NCBI GenBank assembly: GCA_013265495.1
Contig: MU060767.1
Location: forward strand, 8,803,400-8,867,399
Length of the DNA: 64,000 nt
Reading direction: 5' to 3'
Origin: Vicugna vicugna
Taxonomy: Eukaryota
The position numbers were made by a program, and so were the translations under genes. Shown one piece after another: positions 37,071 through 51,282 of the stretch; positions within the stretch are counted from its first letter, which is position 1; each line of letters starts with the position of its first letter. The notes under the pieces are model-generated. The model saw only the letters and a list, made by a program, of their open reading frames with translations. It had not been told where the DNA came from and made no database searches.

Positions 37071-39269
37071 CTGATGCATACACACACCCCTGGAATGTGG
37101 AAAGTGAGCATCACTACAAACCTGCTGCATATGTATGTATGAAGAAATCAGCCATATATTAAAGGATATTCAGCTTTATGCTGCAGCAGAGCCATCAAAC
37201 ATGCTTCCAAAATATTTTCAGGTGTTTCTTGATCCTCTGACTTAGGTGATTCCATTATTCTTTTTTTTTTTTTATTCCATTATCCTTAACACATTTTCCC
37301 CTTCAAAATAATGAAGTAATTAGGGTTCTACTTTCTTGTGCAGACTACAGACTTCCTTGACCTAGAGAATTCACTCCTAGTCAGTTAGCAGTTCTTGCCT
37401 TCCACCTCTCTTTCTCAGAAGAATGGGTGTGAGAGGGAAGAGGTATGGGGAACTATGGATTATTGGAGTTGAAGGAACACATGAATAGGGTGGGCAAACA
37501 CTGGACATCATTCAGTCTATGACAACAAGAGGCAAAACCAACAGGGAGAATCACAGAGTATAGAAAGGTGGAGATGCCTGTGCAGTTTAATCCAAGTCCC
37601 TAATTTTACAGTTGGGGGCACTGAGTCCCAAAGGAAAGTAAGTCTACCCAGAAAAAGCTAGAACTAATTTTCTTGATGCCTAGTTGAGGCTAGTGTTTGG
37701 CACTAATGGTGTGTGCTGCATTGGATATACTTAGATGCATTTCTACATTTATTTGTATGCTTGTGTGTGATAGTTTTTTTCCAGCCACCCTAGGACGAAG
37801 CTGCAATGTAGAGATAAAGATACCTGCTCTCTGTCCTCCAAACTTCCCTCTAAGCCAACTGCAGTGGACAGACCCATTTCTACACATGCCTAGCATGAGA
37901 CACAGGGCTGCCATGGGCCCTCTATTTTTCTAGGTGAAAAGAAACCAGGAAGTCAGATTTGGGTCAGACAAGGGACACAAGGTGATTAATACTTAAAATC
38001 TGAGTTCCTCTAATATCTCTCCATTTGCTCTTGGAGATATTCTGCCATGAAAATAAAATTGAAATCTGTTACAAAGCAGTTAGAGAGAGGAAAAGGTAAG
38101 AGGAATTTATAAGAATCTTAGATAAAGCTAAAAAGCTTTTCTCTACTCCAGTTTTTATTTCCAGTGTCCTAAAGCCTCAGTGTTACACAGCCGCACGAGC
38201 CCCCAGATTTTTTCACTCCCAGAAGGGTGCACTTTTCACATCCCCCAAGATTACATGAGCTCACAGTGTGTGACCAGAGACTGACTTGCTTCTGCTGGAG
38301 AAGAGTCTTCTTCCAGTTCTTTCCTACTATGCGCATCTCTAAGTGCTTCTGTTAACCAGGAAAGGCAGAGCCCCGCATTTTGGATAAGAATATTGTAAAT
38401 ACTTTTTAAATTCCCATGTTAGTTTGAAAAAAATTTTTAAATGCATATGCATATTTAAATTGTAATCTGAAACCTCTTGCTTTGAACATTCTTATCTTGA
38501 TTATACATATTATGGAACTTAGTTATGGATAAATAACAATACAAATAAGGGAAATACTCTGGCCTGTTTGCAACATTTTATTTCTCTCTCTCACACTGTT
38601 TCTTTTCTTGTTTTTCTCTCTCAGTTCAATTTTGAATCTTTATTTCCTGTTGGTTCTACCCATTTGTGACACTTCGTACCGTCACAGTACACTTTCTCAG
38701 TAGCACCTGGACACCCCAAGTTTCATCTCCTTGAAGCCAAACAAACAAAAAAATCTAATGCAGTTTTCAAATTCTGGTTTTTGACTGCACTGTAAACTCC
38801 AGGGAGATCTCAAATTCATTCGTCTCCTCTAAGAAGGTATAATGTGTATGATCCTCAAGTCTAACAAAAAGGGTGATAGAAGTCAGTGCTCCAGTTTGAC
38901 ATGAGAAATCTCCCCCTTTTTTTAGTTAGTTCTCTCCTTGTAAAATTACCTCTCACTATGTAATTTCTCGTTGGATGCTAATAAACACTCTTTCTGTGAA
39001 TTGTGAGAATTGGAGATTTTCAGTGTAAGTATCTACGAATAGCCTTACTAAGGCTAATGTGAAGGAAGATATTTATTTTGTTTCTGCCCTTTTTTGGCTG
39101 TTTGATGAAGGAGGTCATCAGGGAGAATGACAGCCAGTGGAACCACAAGCTGGACACAGGCAGTTGGAGGCTCCTCACCCTCTTCTTTGTCCTTCAAATG
39201 TGCACTCTGCTTGCTTTCTCTGCTATCAGAAGCTGCTCCAAGGATGCAGCCTTGAGATAAAAATGTGGT

Positions 39270-39720
39270 GTTTCAGACTGGGTTGGGGTCTCTCTGTATG
39301 TGACAAAACCCAGTAAAGGCCTCTACATACAGTTTTAAGAGTTGAAAGTCAGGTGCAGAAATCTACTTGTCTTGCAAATGCCCAAGACAAATCTTATAAG
39401 TTCCACCTTGTTTATTAAACCTGCCACCTACCATTCTAGAGTGGTCTGATTCTTTCTTCAGTCTCTCCCTGACCTCGACAAACCAGGGGGCTGGTTTCAC
39501 ATTACACCCAGGAAGTTCCCAAAGGGGTTTGCAAACCAACACTATTGCACAGTTCAGCTCAGTTATCAGATGTGAGGAGTCACAATAAATTAGATGGTTT
39601 TACTAAAAGTTAACAGTATTTTATGTTTTCCTCTGCATGTCTGTGAATTATTCTCATAAATTTGCTATTGCATTATATAACTTATCTAGAATTTGGAGGC
39701 TGGTATTCCAGCCAAATATC
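39270..39720. mobile_element. ERV1-like LTR/internal remnant (family uncertain)
   Basis: tattaaacctgccacctaccattctagagtggtctgattctttcttcagtctctccctgacc resembles MER4-group LTR U5 text. Confidence 0.4.
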
Positions 39721-41335
39721 TATAATTAATAAATTACACTGCATATATTCTTTACTTTCTGTTACATGAACACTCATGTGTGGTTGTGATTGTCAGAAAC
39801 TGAGTGTGGCCAATAGGGGTGCTGTCCGTGGTGCTACTGCTGAGATTCGGGGGGGGTCTCAAGACTGAAGATAATAGGGTAACATGCGTGTATGTGCATG
39901 TGTGTATCACACACACATATATAAGTAAACATATTTACATATACATATATATGTATGTGTAAATTTCCCCCACTCCTCAAGAAAGCCTGATGCAGTAGAA
40001 GGAGAAACTAGGTTGTGGATAAAGAAGTGTAAATAACCTTGGCAGAAAGACATTCTGAACACCATGCTTGAAAGGTGGGGTGATACCTTCTTCCCAATTT
40101 AGCTGCAGGATTTGCTAAGAAGCAAGAGGGGTTTAAGTCGAAGAAATCATTCAGGGACAGTGGTTCAGAACTAAATCTGTGAAAAGAACCAGCAGGCTGG
40201 TGTTTTCCCTTTTTATACGTTGCCTGAAAAAGTGGTCCAGAGTATTATGTAGGACAACTGAAAGCCACCCAATCTGCCTGGACAAATATATCTGTGAAGG
40301 AGTGTCGTGACAAACTGTCAAAGCATGTTAAAAGGATCTCTGGTTTCTAAGAACTTGTCGCTATCAAAGCAGAAAGGAATAAAATTATACGGCCTTGCCA
40401 TCTCTGTTTTTTTTTCCTTGGCTGAGTGGATTCAGCTCCCCCCTCCCAATATTGAGCAGCCATTTCCTGTGGGCTCCATTTGGCTTAAAATCGTTCCCTT
40501 CACTGTTGGCCCATAGATGGACTATGTCACCAAACAGCTTCTAAACGAGTCATCTCTAAATGCTGCTCTACTCTGGTGGGATATAATTCCACTCATTCCA
40601 GTTAAGTTTCTTTGGGGCCTCCCCAAATCTGTCTGCCCATCTGAGCTCATCTATGGCGGTTTGGATCACCAGGAAGGAGAGCTCCTTCAGCAGGCGGACA
40701 ATTATGTAATAAGCTGAAATGGAGCTCGAGGGTGGAAAGACTTCCACAACCGTGGAAGTGATCAGAGAGGGAGCAATAAAGCGAGCAGTTTAGGCTGGAT
40801 GGTGTGCTGTATCGGATGATCTATTCCCTGGTCCCCCACTGTGCCTGCCCCATTAGCTGTGGCCACGAAAGCATAGGGAGCCCTCAGGAGTTTTATGGTT
40901 CTGCATTTATTGCTGCTTTTCTTTATGAATTGTACTTTATTTGTCAAGAACAAGAAGAAACAAAATGCGTTCTGAATGTAAACAAGGTTTATGGTGATCG
41001 ACTCTGGGTGGTAGCACTATAAATATTTTTATATTTACATGTTATTCACATTCCAACATTTCTAAAATAAAAATGCATTACTCTAATAATCAAGGGTAAA
41101 TAAATAAATGTAAAAATGAGATTACATGAGATAAAACTTCATAAAAAACCTTGATTGGTATTTGAGGAAAGTTGTCACTGGCCCCTCATTCCCCACTCCT
41201 AAAACTAATATACCCACAGAGCACACTGGTCTGCTTAACTGATACTCAGCCATTAACAGAGGCAGGATCTCAAATTAGTGTAGGGATTTTAAGTTATGTT
41301 TTGTCATTGTACATATCTCTTAGCTGAGTGCCTTT

Positions 41336-41395
41336 TTTATCTATCTGTCTATCTGTCTGTCTATCTGTCTGTCTGTCTATCTATTTATCTATTTA
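41336..41395. repeat. (TCTA/TCTG)n tetranucleotide repeat
   Basis: tatctatctgtctatctgtctgtctatctgtctgtctgtctatctatttatctatt. Confidence 0.9.
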
Positions 41396-41594
41396 TGAAC
41401 AGTACGACTCACCTTCCCAATGATGTTTAAGAAATGGTGTACAGAAGCATCGGGTGCATTAGTATCAGGCTGGCCAATGGCTGCCAAGGGGGTCTCAGAA
41501 ACCTGCACGTTGTCTTGAACTTCCCTTGGTAGACCTGTTACTCCACCTTACTTATCAACCCTGTGATTTTTAGAAAACTTCTTAATCTCAGTCC

Positions 41595-41790
41595 ACTTCA
41601 AAGTTATCATGTAAAATGGGAAAAAGTATTTGCAGCACATACACAGCAAAGACTGAACACATTATCATATCTACGTATAATGGTTTCACTACCAGAAAAG
41701 AAATGCAAAAAAAATTATGTATGGCAATTTACAGAAAAGGTAAGGCAGAGGTCAATGAAATGAAAGATGTCAACTTCCCTGCTATCACAG
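41595..41790 (+). mobile_element. Old L1 ORF2 fragment
   Basis: KWEKVFAAHT..WQFTEK and atgaaagatgtcaacttccctgctatca match L1 ORF2 WEKIFANH..RQFTEE..MKRCSTSLVIRE. Confidence 0.6.
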
Positions 41791-43149
41791 CTTTATATAC
41801 CCGAAAAGTTCCCTTTGTTTTAGATGACAGATTTGCTGTAGCAATTAGCCGGTTTGTTTCTATGATAGGCCTAATGTAACACCTAACATAAGAAAGTGGT
41901 TTGGTAAATAATTTATGCCTTTTGGAAGACTTTGGGAAGAGGAGATAGATATATAGTTCAACTACTATTTATCAGCCCAGAGATTAGGATCTGACTCTTG
42001 AGAAAAGGGAAATAGATTTTTGGCAGGGGGCAGAAAGGACAGGGGATGCATCATACTCTGGTTTTCAGGACAAGACCCTTGGAGGCTACTAATACTCTGA
42101 ACACAGGGCAGTAGTCAGTTTATACAATGATTTTTCAAAGTAGAAGTTCATCTCCAGGTACTTCATTTAGTAAATACTCCTCTTTTCTTCCACATTCTTC
42201 TTCACTTTTCCTCCCTCTTCTCCCTCCCTTTCATTATCATCAATATATTTTCATCATAATGACCTTTAATTAACTATCTTATTATGTGACTTCTACTGCA
42301 TTAGACCATCTCTATTCAAGACAATCTTGCTGGAAATATATCAATATCCTAATTTAGGGTAGATGATGGAATCACAGTCCAGACTGCCTAGCCAGACTTC
42401 TTGAAGTCACACAGTAAAAAACATAGTAAAGCTAGGATTAAAAGCCCAATATTCTGATGCCAAAGCAATTTATCTTCAGTTGAAGAGAAAAATTTGATTC
42501 ACCCCAGGAACCTCTCATTCCTACCATAAAGCAGTGGGATTCACTGCGGAACCCAATTGTAGGTGAGAATGAACATTTGATTACACAGCAGGCTTATTTT
42601 ATAAATGCGATGAGTCCAGAGCAGTGCCTGGGGCAGGGGTACAGAGTGCTGTGGTCCCTTCCAGCACATTAGAGATCTCAGCCCTCTGCCAGCTTCAGAA
42701 TCTCTCCACTTCTGGAGGAAGGTGGGATTTTACGACGTTCTCTTTCAGGAACATCTCAAATCTTTGTATTCTTCCTTGGGCATATGTAAACTGATTCTTT
42801 AAACCTGTAAGTGAGCTGGGTAAATACTGAGTAGCAAGCAGAAAGCAAAGAAAAGGGGAAAATGTCAATCCCTTACATATGAAAAATAAATTTTAAAAAA
42901 ATCTTTTAAGACGTTCTAAAATGTTGCCATACTAGCAGCTCTCAAAATTGTGGCGTAACATTAACCTCTGCACGCAGAACTGAAAGTCTGTTCCCTGTGG
43001 TGCCCTCCTGCTGTTCAACGGCATGACGAAAGGCGAAGAAGCATCTCACAAATTTGCAGTGGAAATTATTTTTAACTTAAAAAAATATGTTATTGATAAA
43101 ATTCTAACTTTACTTTCATTTTTATGCATGCCCCCACCGTGTACCCTCT

Positions 43150-43520
43150 GCTTAAGCCACAGACTATTTCTTACCATTCCTCAAACATACCAGACTCTTT
43201 CATATTCTGTGATTTTGGACATTGTTTTTTCTTATGAAGATACCCTTATAACAAGTTCTGCCTACTTCAAATTTAAAAGGCGGATAAAATGTCGCATTCT
43301 CTGTCAGACCTTCCAGGATGGCTTCAGGGCATTGGATACCCTCACTTCACATTGTTCCTGCCTCTGCTACAGTACATATTGTTTCATCTTTACAACAGAT
43401 ATTTTCAATAAAGTTGAATGCATTAATCTTAGTTTCCTGAGCCCAAGGATTGTGCCTCTTACATTATCTGTCTTCTGGGGTTGACAATCAGTGTAAACTC
43501 AACAAATGTATACACACATA
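43150..43520 (+). mobile_element. L2 3' fragment
   Basis: cttaagccacagactatttcttaccattcctcaaacatacc..atcttagtttcctgagcccaaggattgtgcc..ctcaacaaatgtat. Confidence 0.6.
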
Positions 43521-43754
43521 CGCATACAGAATTTCAGCATCTCTCCTGGATCCACCTTGCCTTCTATTCAGGAGACAATCACATTGTATACACTTTTTAT
43601 CGAGTGGTAATCTCCTCTATAGAAAGTTTGAGGAATCCAAAGTAACCAAAGGAAAGACAAGTGCTTCCAGTATGTTCTCTATCTCAGAAAGAGTAAACCA
43701 TTTACCATCAATGAAATATAATAATTCCACCCTGATTCAAAGCTTCATTTTTAT

Positions 43755-44545
43755 TACTCAGAGCTGTGAGTTCCAATCCTAGCTGTGGTCTTATAAGCTG
43801 TGAGACCCTGGCTGGTTTACCTCATTGCTCTGACATCTGATATCTCAATCTATAAATTGGGAATGATTTGACTTGTGTCATAGAGATTTAATGAGGATTA
43901 ATAGGTGCTTGATACATACAAGGAGTTGAATATGTTTTAGCCAACTGTTTTGGCTATAAGGGCATTTTCAACCCTCGGTTTCACCAATAAGTCCTGGGGT
44001 TGGACCTCTGCTGATGAGTCCATTGACAAGTGTACCTGGAAGAAGCTGCATCCTTTACCACCAGTTATGTGGCACAGTGGTGTAATCAAAAGAGCACTGG
44101 ATTAGGAGTCAAAGCCTTATCTGATGTGATGCTATAACTGACAACATGTGGGGCTCAGTCTTGCACAAAACTTCACACATATGAGCATTTAGATTGCAGT
44201 CCAACCTTCCCCAAAATTATATCTGTGATCTTAGGCAAGTGATCTCTCTCTCTTTTCAATGGGTCTATTTCCCTACTTGTTAAATGAGAATCATAATATC
44301 TGAATCGCAGCAATTTTTTGGTCATTAAGTAATATTCTAATAGTGCTGTTTACTGAATGTTTTCTGTATGTCAGGCACTGGGTTAAGCTCTGTGCATGAA
44401 TCATCTCATTTAATTTTACAAAACGCTATGAAGCAGATGCTACTACCATCTGCTTATAAATGAGGACATTAAGGATTAGCGGGATATCAGTAATACGTCC
44501 AAGGAAACACAGCCAGTATACTTGTATTCAAAGCTCACAGCTGCA
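43755..44545. mobile_element. Cluster of MIR SINEs (two plus, one minus)
   Basis: gttccaatcctagctgtggtcttataagctgtgagacc; aagagcactggattaggagtc..tgtgatcttaggcaagtga; tttactgaatgttttctgtatgtcaggcactggg..aaatgaggacattaagg. Confidence 0.65.
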
Positions 44546-44664
44546 GCTGCTAAGCTGTATGGTTTCACCTCTAAATTTAGTTTATTTAACATACATTTAA
44601 TCTGGGCTTTCTAAGGGCAAGATATGGAGGTTAACAGGGCAAGCAAGCCTCTGCTTTCATCAAA

Positions 44665-44873
44665 NNNNNNNNNNNNNNNNNNNNNNNNNNNNNNNNNNNN
44701 NNNNNNNNNNNNNNNNNNNNNNNNNNNNNNNNNNNNNNNNNNNNNNNNNNNNNNNNNNNNNNNNNNNNNNNNNNNNNNNNNNNNNNNNNNNNNNNNNNNN
44801 NNNNNNNNNNNNNNNNNNNNNNNNNNNNNNNNNNNNNNNNNNNNNNNNNNNNNNNNNNNNNNNNNNNNNNNNN
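44665..44873. other. Assembly gap (209 N)
   Basis: Run of N. Confidence 1.
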
Positions 44874-45224
44874 TGGTGACAATAAATTTTAAAAAAGAGA
44901 AGAGAGAAGGATGATGTAATGGCCTGATAGGACAGGAGCAGCCTTTTAGGTATCATGGTCCAAGAAGGCGTTTCAGAACTGACAACATTTACCATGAGAT
45001 GTAAATAATGAGAGGATGTGTATGTTAAAGGGACGCAGGAGCACCTGGGGCATCGCACAGCAAATACTTGTTGAGTGTAAGCAGAAATCCATCACCGAAT
45101 CAGTCAGTCAGTCTGCCGATCAGCCAGCCAACCACTAGACAGCCATTCCACTAATTGGCCGTACAATCCAAGCAGCTGATCCTTAACCCTCACTGCAGAG
45201 GGGAGCTTGCAAAAGGACTTATGT

Positions 45225-45530
45225 CCCAGGGTTTCTGATTTAATTGGTCGGGGTGAGGCCCAGGTATCTTACGGTTAAAAACGCCTTAGGTGACTCTAGC
45301 AATCAGCCCTGGTTAAGAATCACTAATCTAAAGAAAGATGGAGGATGGTGAGCAGTTTCCAGTCCAGAGTAGACCTTGCTACTCAGTGCGTGGTCCTCAA
45401 AGCAGCAATGCCAGCATCATTTATAAGAAATTCAGGCTCGCGGGTCCTACCACAGAACCACTGAACTCGCATCTCAGTTTTGACAAGACCCATATGTGAT
45501 TTCTAATCACAGTGAAATTTCAGAAGCACT
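45225..45530. mobile_element. Two adjacent MER5-family hAT MITE fragments
   Basis: gtttctgatttaattggtcggggtgaggcccagg..aggtgactctag..ttaagaatcact and ctactcagtgcgtggtcct..cagcatca..agaaattcaggctc..gaaatttcagaagcactg. Confidence 0.7.
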
Positions 45531-47264
45531 GGACAAGGTTATGCCAGGAGTTAAAGCTGCCAGATGACCAGTGAGAAGGGAAAAGTCGAAACAATCATGT
45601 TCCGCCCAAGGACAAGCATGGAACATTTCCTCACTGTGGACAGTGAATTCTCCCATGTCAAAGCCAGACTGGTTTCCACAAGTAGCCCTGAGAAACAGAT
45701 CAGCCATTTTGGGGTTTCAGAATTTATTTGAAAATATCTCCAAGAAAAGTTTGGCATAGATTTTCTTTTCATGCTTCAAGATACTGCTTTGAACTTTAAC
45801 CAAAGCTTTCCCGACTTAAAGAATAAATTATGAATAAGGTCATAGATCTCATTGAAGTCTCATATTCAGCTCAGCTGCCTGGTGTGTAGACTATGGAAAA
45901 TTGGGTTTTAGTGTAACTGGAGCCCTCTGTATAATACTGCAAGTTGATTACAGAGGTTAGTTTTTCAACATGTAGTGATAGCTTCTACAGACTCACTCTC
46001 TGTGCTGCCATCAGAATTTAAGTGCTCTTGAGAGACCAAATTTAATAACCGTTCACCTATTCAAGTTTGTAAGACTGAACATTTCCTGGGTAAATAGTAA
46101 TTTACATCTTTTTGGTAGAGATAAAATTAATAGGTTAATAAAATCTTGACATACACATACCCACCAAGAAGAAGCGGTTCTTTTCACAATATATATATAT
46201 ATATATATTAAGTTAGTCTGAGCTTTAAAATTCTCCCATATCGTACTTAGCCAGTGATTCAAAGGTTTGAAACAATTGCTGTTACTTGGTTACACGGGTG
46301 TCCCCTTTGGGGGTCTGCACACCCTTGACTTGCAAATGGTTACTCAACCTGTATCATTTGAGTTGATGACATAAACACAATAATTTTATTGTTTATACAG
46401 AGTACAATGAAGATGCAGAGAGCCAGGGAGCAAGCATTAAGTGTGCGTCTTTTGTCTGTTTCTGAAGAGAACTGAACGGCGCTTTCCTCTTGTAAAACAG
46501 GACCTTGTAATACCACCAAAATGCAGAGGCACACGCACACGCACACGCACCCCACGAACATGCCCACACACACCTACATTCTTTGCTCAATACAAAAGGA
46601 GTGCCAAAGTGACAGAATGCTGTCTCTATGTTTTGTTTCCTTAGCTAAATAAGTTTTTGGTTCAGTTAAATCAATATACTAAAGGATAATCTAATGAAAA
46701 GAAGACACAAAGTACGTTTTCTTGTTTCTCTGAAATAAATTAATTCACAGGGTGCTTTATCTTGTTTAGAAGTTGTCTTAACCCAGGAGATAGCACCAAA
46801 TAATCTTTAATGTAGAAAGCTAAACTCGGCACAGGGCAGATATACATTTAAATAGTGTTGATAAATCAAATTTAAACATCGATACTTGTTAGCATTCCTT
46901 TAAATGTGCTCTCCTTCCAGCTAATGAAAACCACGGAGAGATTCAGAATGCCCTGCTAGTATTGATTACCGAGAGTTCTAATTTCCCTCCCGAGATTGCA
47001 CTCCGGCCAAAACTTTCACATTCATATTTTCCCACTAAAGAAAGTAATAATTATAAATTAATGATATCAATTCTATTGAAATGCAATTACAACAGTTTCA
47101 CTGAGGGAAAGGGAGGGAAAAAAAAAACAATCTCAGCTTTAGCAAAGTTTCAGCCAACATCTTGATTCCACCAAAAAACCATTTGTATTCACAGCAAAAA
47201 TGGACTTTGAACTTTCGGAATTGTGCACCTGGCTTTTCAAGTTCATCTCACTAGCTTTGCTCAC

Positions 47265-47602
47265 CGGTGGTAGAAATATTAATGGGTTCTTTCTGAAGTC
47301 ATAATGAGAGGTTAGGCAGTGGCTGGTTTAAATAATAAATAAAGAGGCTAATTTAATATCATGCCCTTAGTCAACTGTGCAAAGAGGAGCCAGTAGTTTG
47401 TACATGTATGTGAATGTGCGTGTGCTTTTAAGATAAGAGGCAGCCAGTTTTGACATGAGAGCGCAAGCATCCCTTAGCCTTCTGTTAGGATCCCCACTCT
47501 GCACATTCGGGCTGGGTCCGTTCTGGCATCCATTGCGTGGGAAACGGTATGCAGTTCTCCAGTGCTTCTGGATCTTCCATGTGTGCATTCTAAATGGACG
47601 TT
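47265..47602 (-). other. Candidate non-coding/UTR exon (338 nt)
   Basis: Acceptor aatagttttgccttttcag|AACGTCC and donor ACCACCG|gtgagc in unique, CpG-retaining sequence. Confidence 0.33.
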
Positions 47603-49423
47603 CTGAAAAGGCAAAACTATTATTTTCAAATCCAAAATTCATCCGTTGTGCTCTTCAGGTACAATCGAAGTTCCTTCAAGCATTTTCAATCTACTAATAC
47701 ATTGAGCCTTATTTAGCTTCAAATCCAATTTTTAAGGATCCTCTAAAGTCGATGTGAATATGCTAATTTAGTTTTATCTTCATAACCACATAAGTGCTTA
47801 TAAATATCTGAAGGATCCACGTGTAAGCATGCATATTTTAACATTATCGAAAGCCTTCTGAAATTGTTGAGTCCTTAGAATTTATTATAGTTTTCAAAGA
47901 CCTCTGAATTATACACAGAAAACAATACAATCTGACTCCAACATTCTCAAAACTGTACTTACTATGTTATTAGTAGCAGTTTATGTATTTCATGTAAGAC
48001 TAATAATTCAATTAAAATGACACACTGTATATTATTATAGTATTGCAGATTACAAATGTGTCATTTGATGGCACTTTTTTCTGAGTATTACACATTCTCT
48101 ACACTCATTTAAAAATAATTTAGATTTTTGGATGCATCCATCATTCTCAGTTTATCCTTTTAACAACTTTCTTCATTGAAATAATCAATGCCTTTGAAAA
48201 TTTGAAGATATGTTAAAAATGGTCCCAGAGGAACTCTTTTGCTTTAAAGCAGACCTTATGAAAATTGAGATAAGAACACCAACTCGTGTATCCCACTTAG
48301 ACTTAAGAGCATTATGACTTTCATAACATATGTTTACACTTTAAAGTACCATAGCGTATCAATTAGCAAACATGCTTATGAAAATGTCCATTTGAAGGAA
48401 CATTCTTACAATGTACATGGTCTTGTAAATCCCAAGATGCTGACAACATGATGTGACAGCTGCAGACAGAGAAACTGATGAAAATGCAGTAATTCTGAAT
48501 TTTAATATAATATAAACCATGTCAGCAACATTTTTGAAGAGCAGCTGCCAAGATTTCAGTCCAACTGAATGGATAATGTTATTTTTATATTCTGTTCTCT
48601 TCTGGCAAATTAGACTTTTTCCTTTTTTTTTTTTTTTTCCTTACGATAAGCTTCAACTTACCAACAACAACAAAACGTCTGACTGAATATCATGTGGTGA
48701 ATTATCACCCTGTTTAAGATGAAAGACTAATTATAGTGATGCAAATACGGAGACCACAGCACAGTGAAGGAGAGAAACTGCAGCAAAATATTATTTGTTA
48801 TTTGAAATTTTATATATACCATTGTAGGGATAAGTCACATTTTAAAAAAAAATCTGTTTTCTGTTCAAATTTAAATTGCAATACATGGCATCTTGCTTAC
48901 TAACTGAATTTCTTGTAAACCCAAGTGAAAAATAAATGTGACAGAATATTTTCTGTTGAGTCAGATTTCCCTAGTGTTAAGCCAGTCTCCTGGGAATGTC
49001 TAAAAATGCAAAATAGATGGCCTGTGGCATCACAGATCTGGCCAAAATGATTTGCCACACCTATCGGGATATCAGGACACACTGTGGCTCAGGGAGTCCA
49101 CAGTGGGGTCTGGATGTCAGCCTTTCAGCACCCTGCCCCCACTCGCAGGCAGAACTGACGAGCCTGGCTGGGTGGTGACTATTTATAATGACTTCATTCA
49201 TCCTCACTCCTCCACTCCACCCTCCACAGTGTTGCCACAGTGATCTTCCCAGAACACAGGCAGGTGCAACACACCTGTTTTAAAGCTACTCAACAACCTT
49301 CATAGACTTTGAAAGAAAATCATGATTCCTTAGCTCTTCATAATCTGACTCCTGCCTACCTTTCATCTCACTTCTCGGTGCACACCCCTGATTACCCACA
49401 AGCTATACTCTTACCGTAAGGAG

Positions 49424-49943
49424 TATGGTAATTTCTAAATTCACTCCTTTCTCCTGCACTTCTCTATCCTTGCACAAACCTCTCAGCTGGAAAAATCCTT
49501 CTGTATTGTAAATTTTGTCAAACTTCAGGTCTTCCTGATGCCTCAACATCCCCACAAGCAATCTGTGAGCATCCTGGCCATGTGACCCATGCACCTGTCT
49601 GAAAAGATTGGTCCTTTCCACAAGTTCCCCTCTTTCCTTCCTTTGACTGTGACTCTATGTCATTCAAACACACCAATGAAATTTCCTCATGCCTTTGGCT
49701 TGTGTACTGCACCCTGGTCTCCAATAAAGTCACGTGCCTAAGGCTCCCCATCTGCTTGGTTGATCCTACTCCCTGACGTTTCTCCACTGGGGTCTGTTGC
49801 ACGGTGTGCCCTGCCTCCTTCTCCTAGGACCTGGGAGTGTGATAAGTCCTTTAATTTCATCTGCTTCTCCAAGTGTAACATTCACGGCCTTGTTGGGGTG
49901 CTCCTTAAAGACCCCACAAGGAAGAATTACTTCCCCGTTTACA
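49424..49943 (+). mobile_element. MER74-like ERVL solo LTR
   Basis: taatttctaaattcactcctttctcctgcac start; ccaataaag; ggacctgggagtgtgataagtcctttaatttcat; end taaagaccccacaaggaag..ccccgtttaca. Confidence 0.65.
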
Positions 49944-51282
49944 ATGCACCTTCCCTTGACCCCTGTAGGCATCCTCTCCCCTAGTAACCCTCTCCTGAAT
50001 CTCAGGCTGGGTTCAGTTTGTGTTCCATAGATTCCTTCTGCTTCCTCTAACTATTAGGATAATTTTCACATTCTGTTGCTCAGACTGATTATTATGTGGG
50101 AGCTTTGGGGTTAAGAACAGAAGCCAAGGTTTCAAAATGTCTCTACCATTTACCAGACCAGTAGCCTTGGAAAAATTATTTAAACTCTCTAAGTCACAGT
50201 TTCTTTATCAGAAAAAAAACATTAAAACTAACTTTCTGCTTTACAAAGGTATTAGGAGAAGAGATTGAGACAATCTGTGAAAAGCCCTCGCCAACTGGCT
50301 TAGTGGGTCGTCCCATAATTCTGGGTCAGACTATGGCCTATTTCAATGAAACTTGCAATTCTTTGTAAGGATGCTTTTGTCTTTAAAAAAAATTAGATTG
50401 TTTCAAGAGATTACTTTTCCAGAAATTGGCATGAGTTGGTAAAAGGAAATATAATTATATGTGGTGGACATACAGACACATACACACACTCAAGCAACTA
50501 AAAAAAACCCCACAAAACTAAGAGTTCCTATAATAACTGCTATATAAGTAATGTGACCTTAAGCAAATTATTTTACTTTATGGACGTTCACAGTCTAGTC
50601 TGAAAAGTCACGGTCAATCTAGTGGCAATTTTCTGTTTCAACTGTCATGAAACCAGAGTTGTGAATTCAGTATGAGCTTTACAATAACTGATCTGGGAAA
50701 ACTTTAAATTTCTTCCCATTCAATTCGTAACAGTTTGTGAAGGGTAAGTATCACTGCTCTTTTTACTTCGGCCTTGGGCACGTTTGTCTTAACAAAAGAC
50801 AAGGCACCCTTTCCATCCTTAGGAAGGGTATGTTTGAGTAGAGTGGCAAAATCTGCTGAAGTTTCATCATGTGGCGAAGAGCAACGTGTTGGGTCTGGAA
50901 GCGGGCAGTTTCCAGAACCCGTGGAATCGTGTACCTCGGCAGCTTTCATTATGGCTGCTTGTCTCTTCAGAAAACTGGTTTTGAATGAAATTCAAGACAG
51001 CCGAGAATAACCGATTGGCTGCGTTGAAGGACGTTTATTGTGCCTGTAGCACTGAGTAAGGAGGCCAAGCACAAAGAGCCTTGTATGACGTTCAAGTTAT
51101 AAATGCTCTTAAAGAGACCTGGACTCCTCTCTGCGTCCCCACATTCAGCTGTAAGAAATGAATCATTCCACGTTGCATTTTAAAAAGCAGCGAGAGCTTC
51201 TGCTGAGAGCTGCTTTCCCTTTGGAGCCCACAGTCTCCAATTTCGCTGTCTGATGTTCACTCCCCGTACATCCGTCACTCAC

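Noticed and set aside
44085-44545. Oppositely oriented MIR pair as a possible dsRNA/editing substrate
   Set aside because: The copies are too diverged to form a long duplex.
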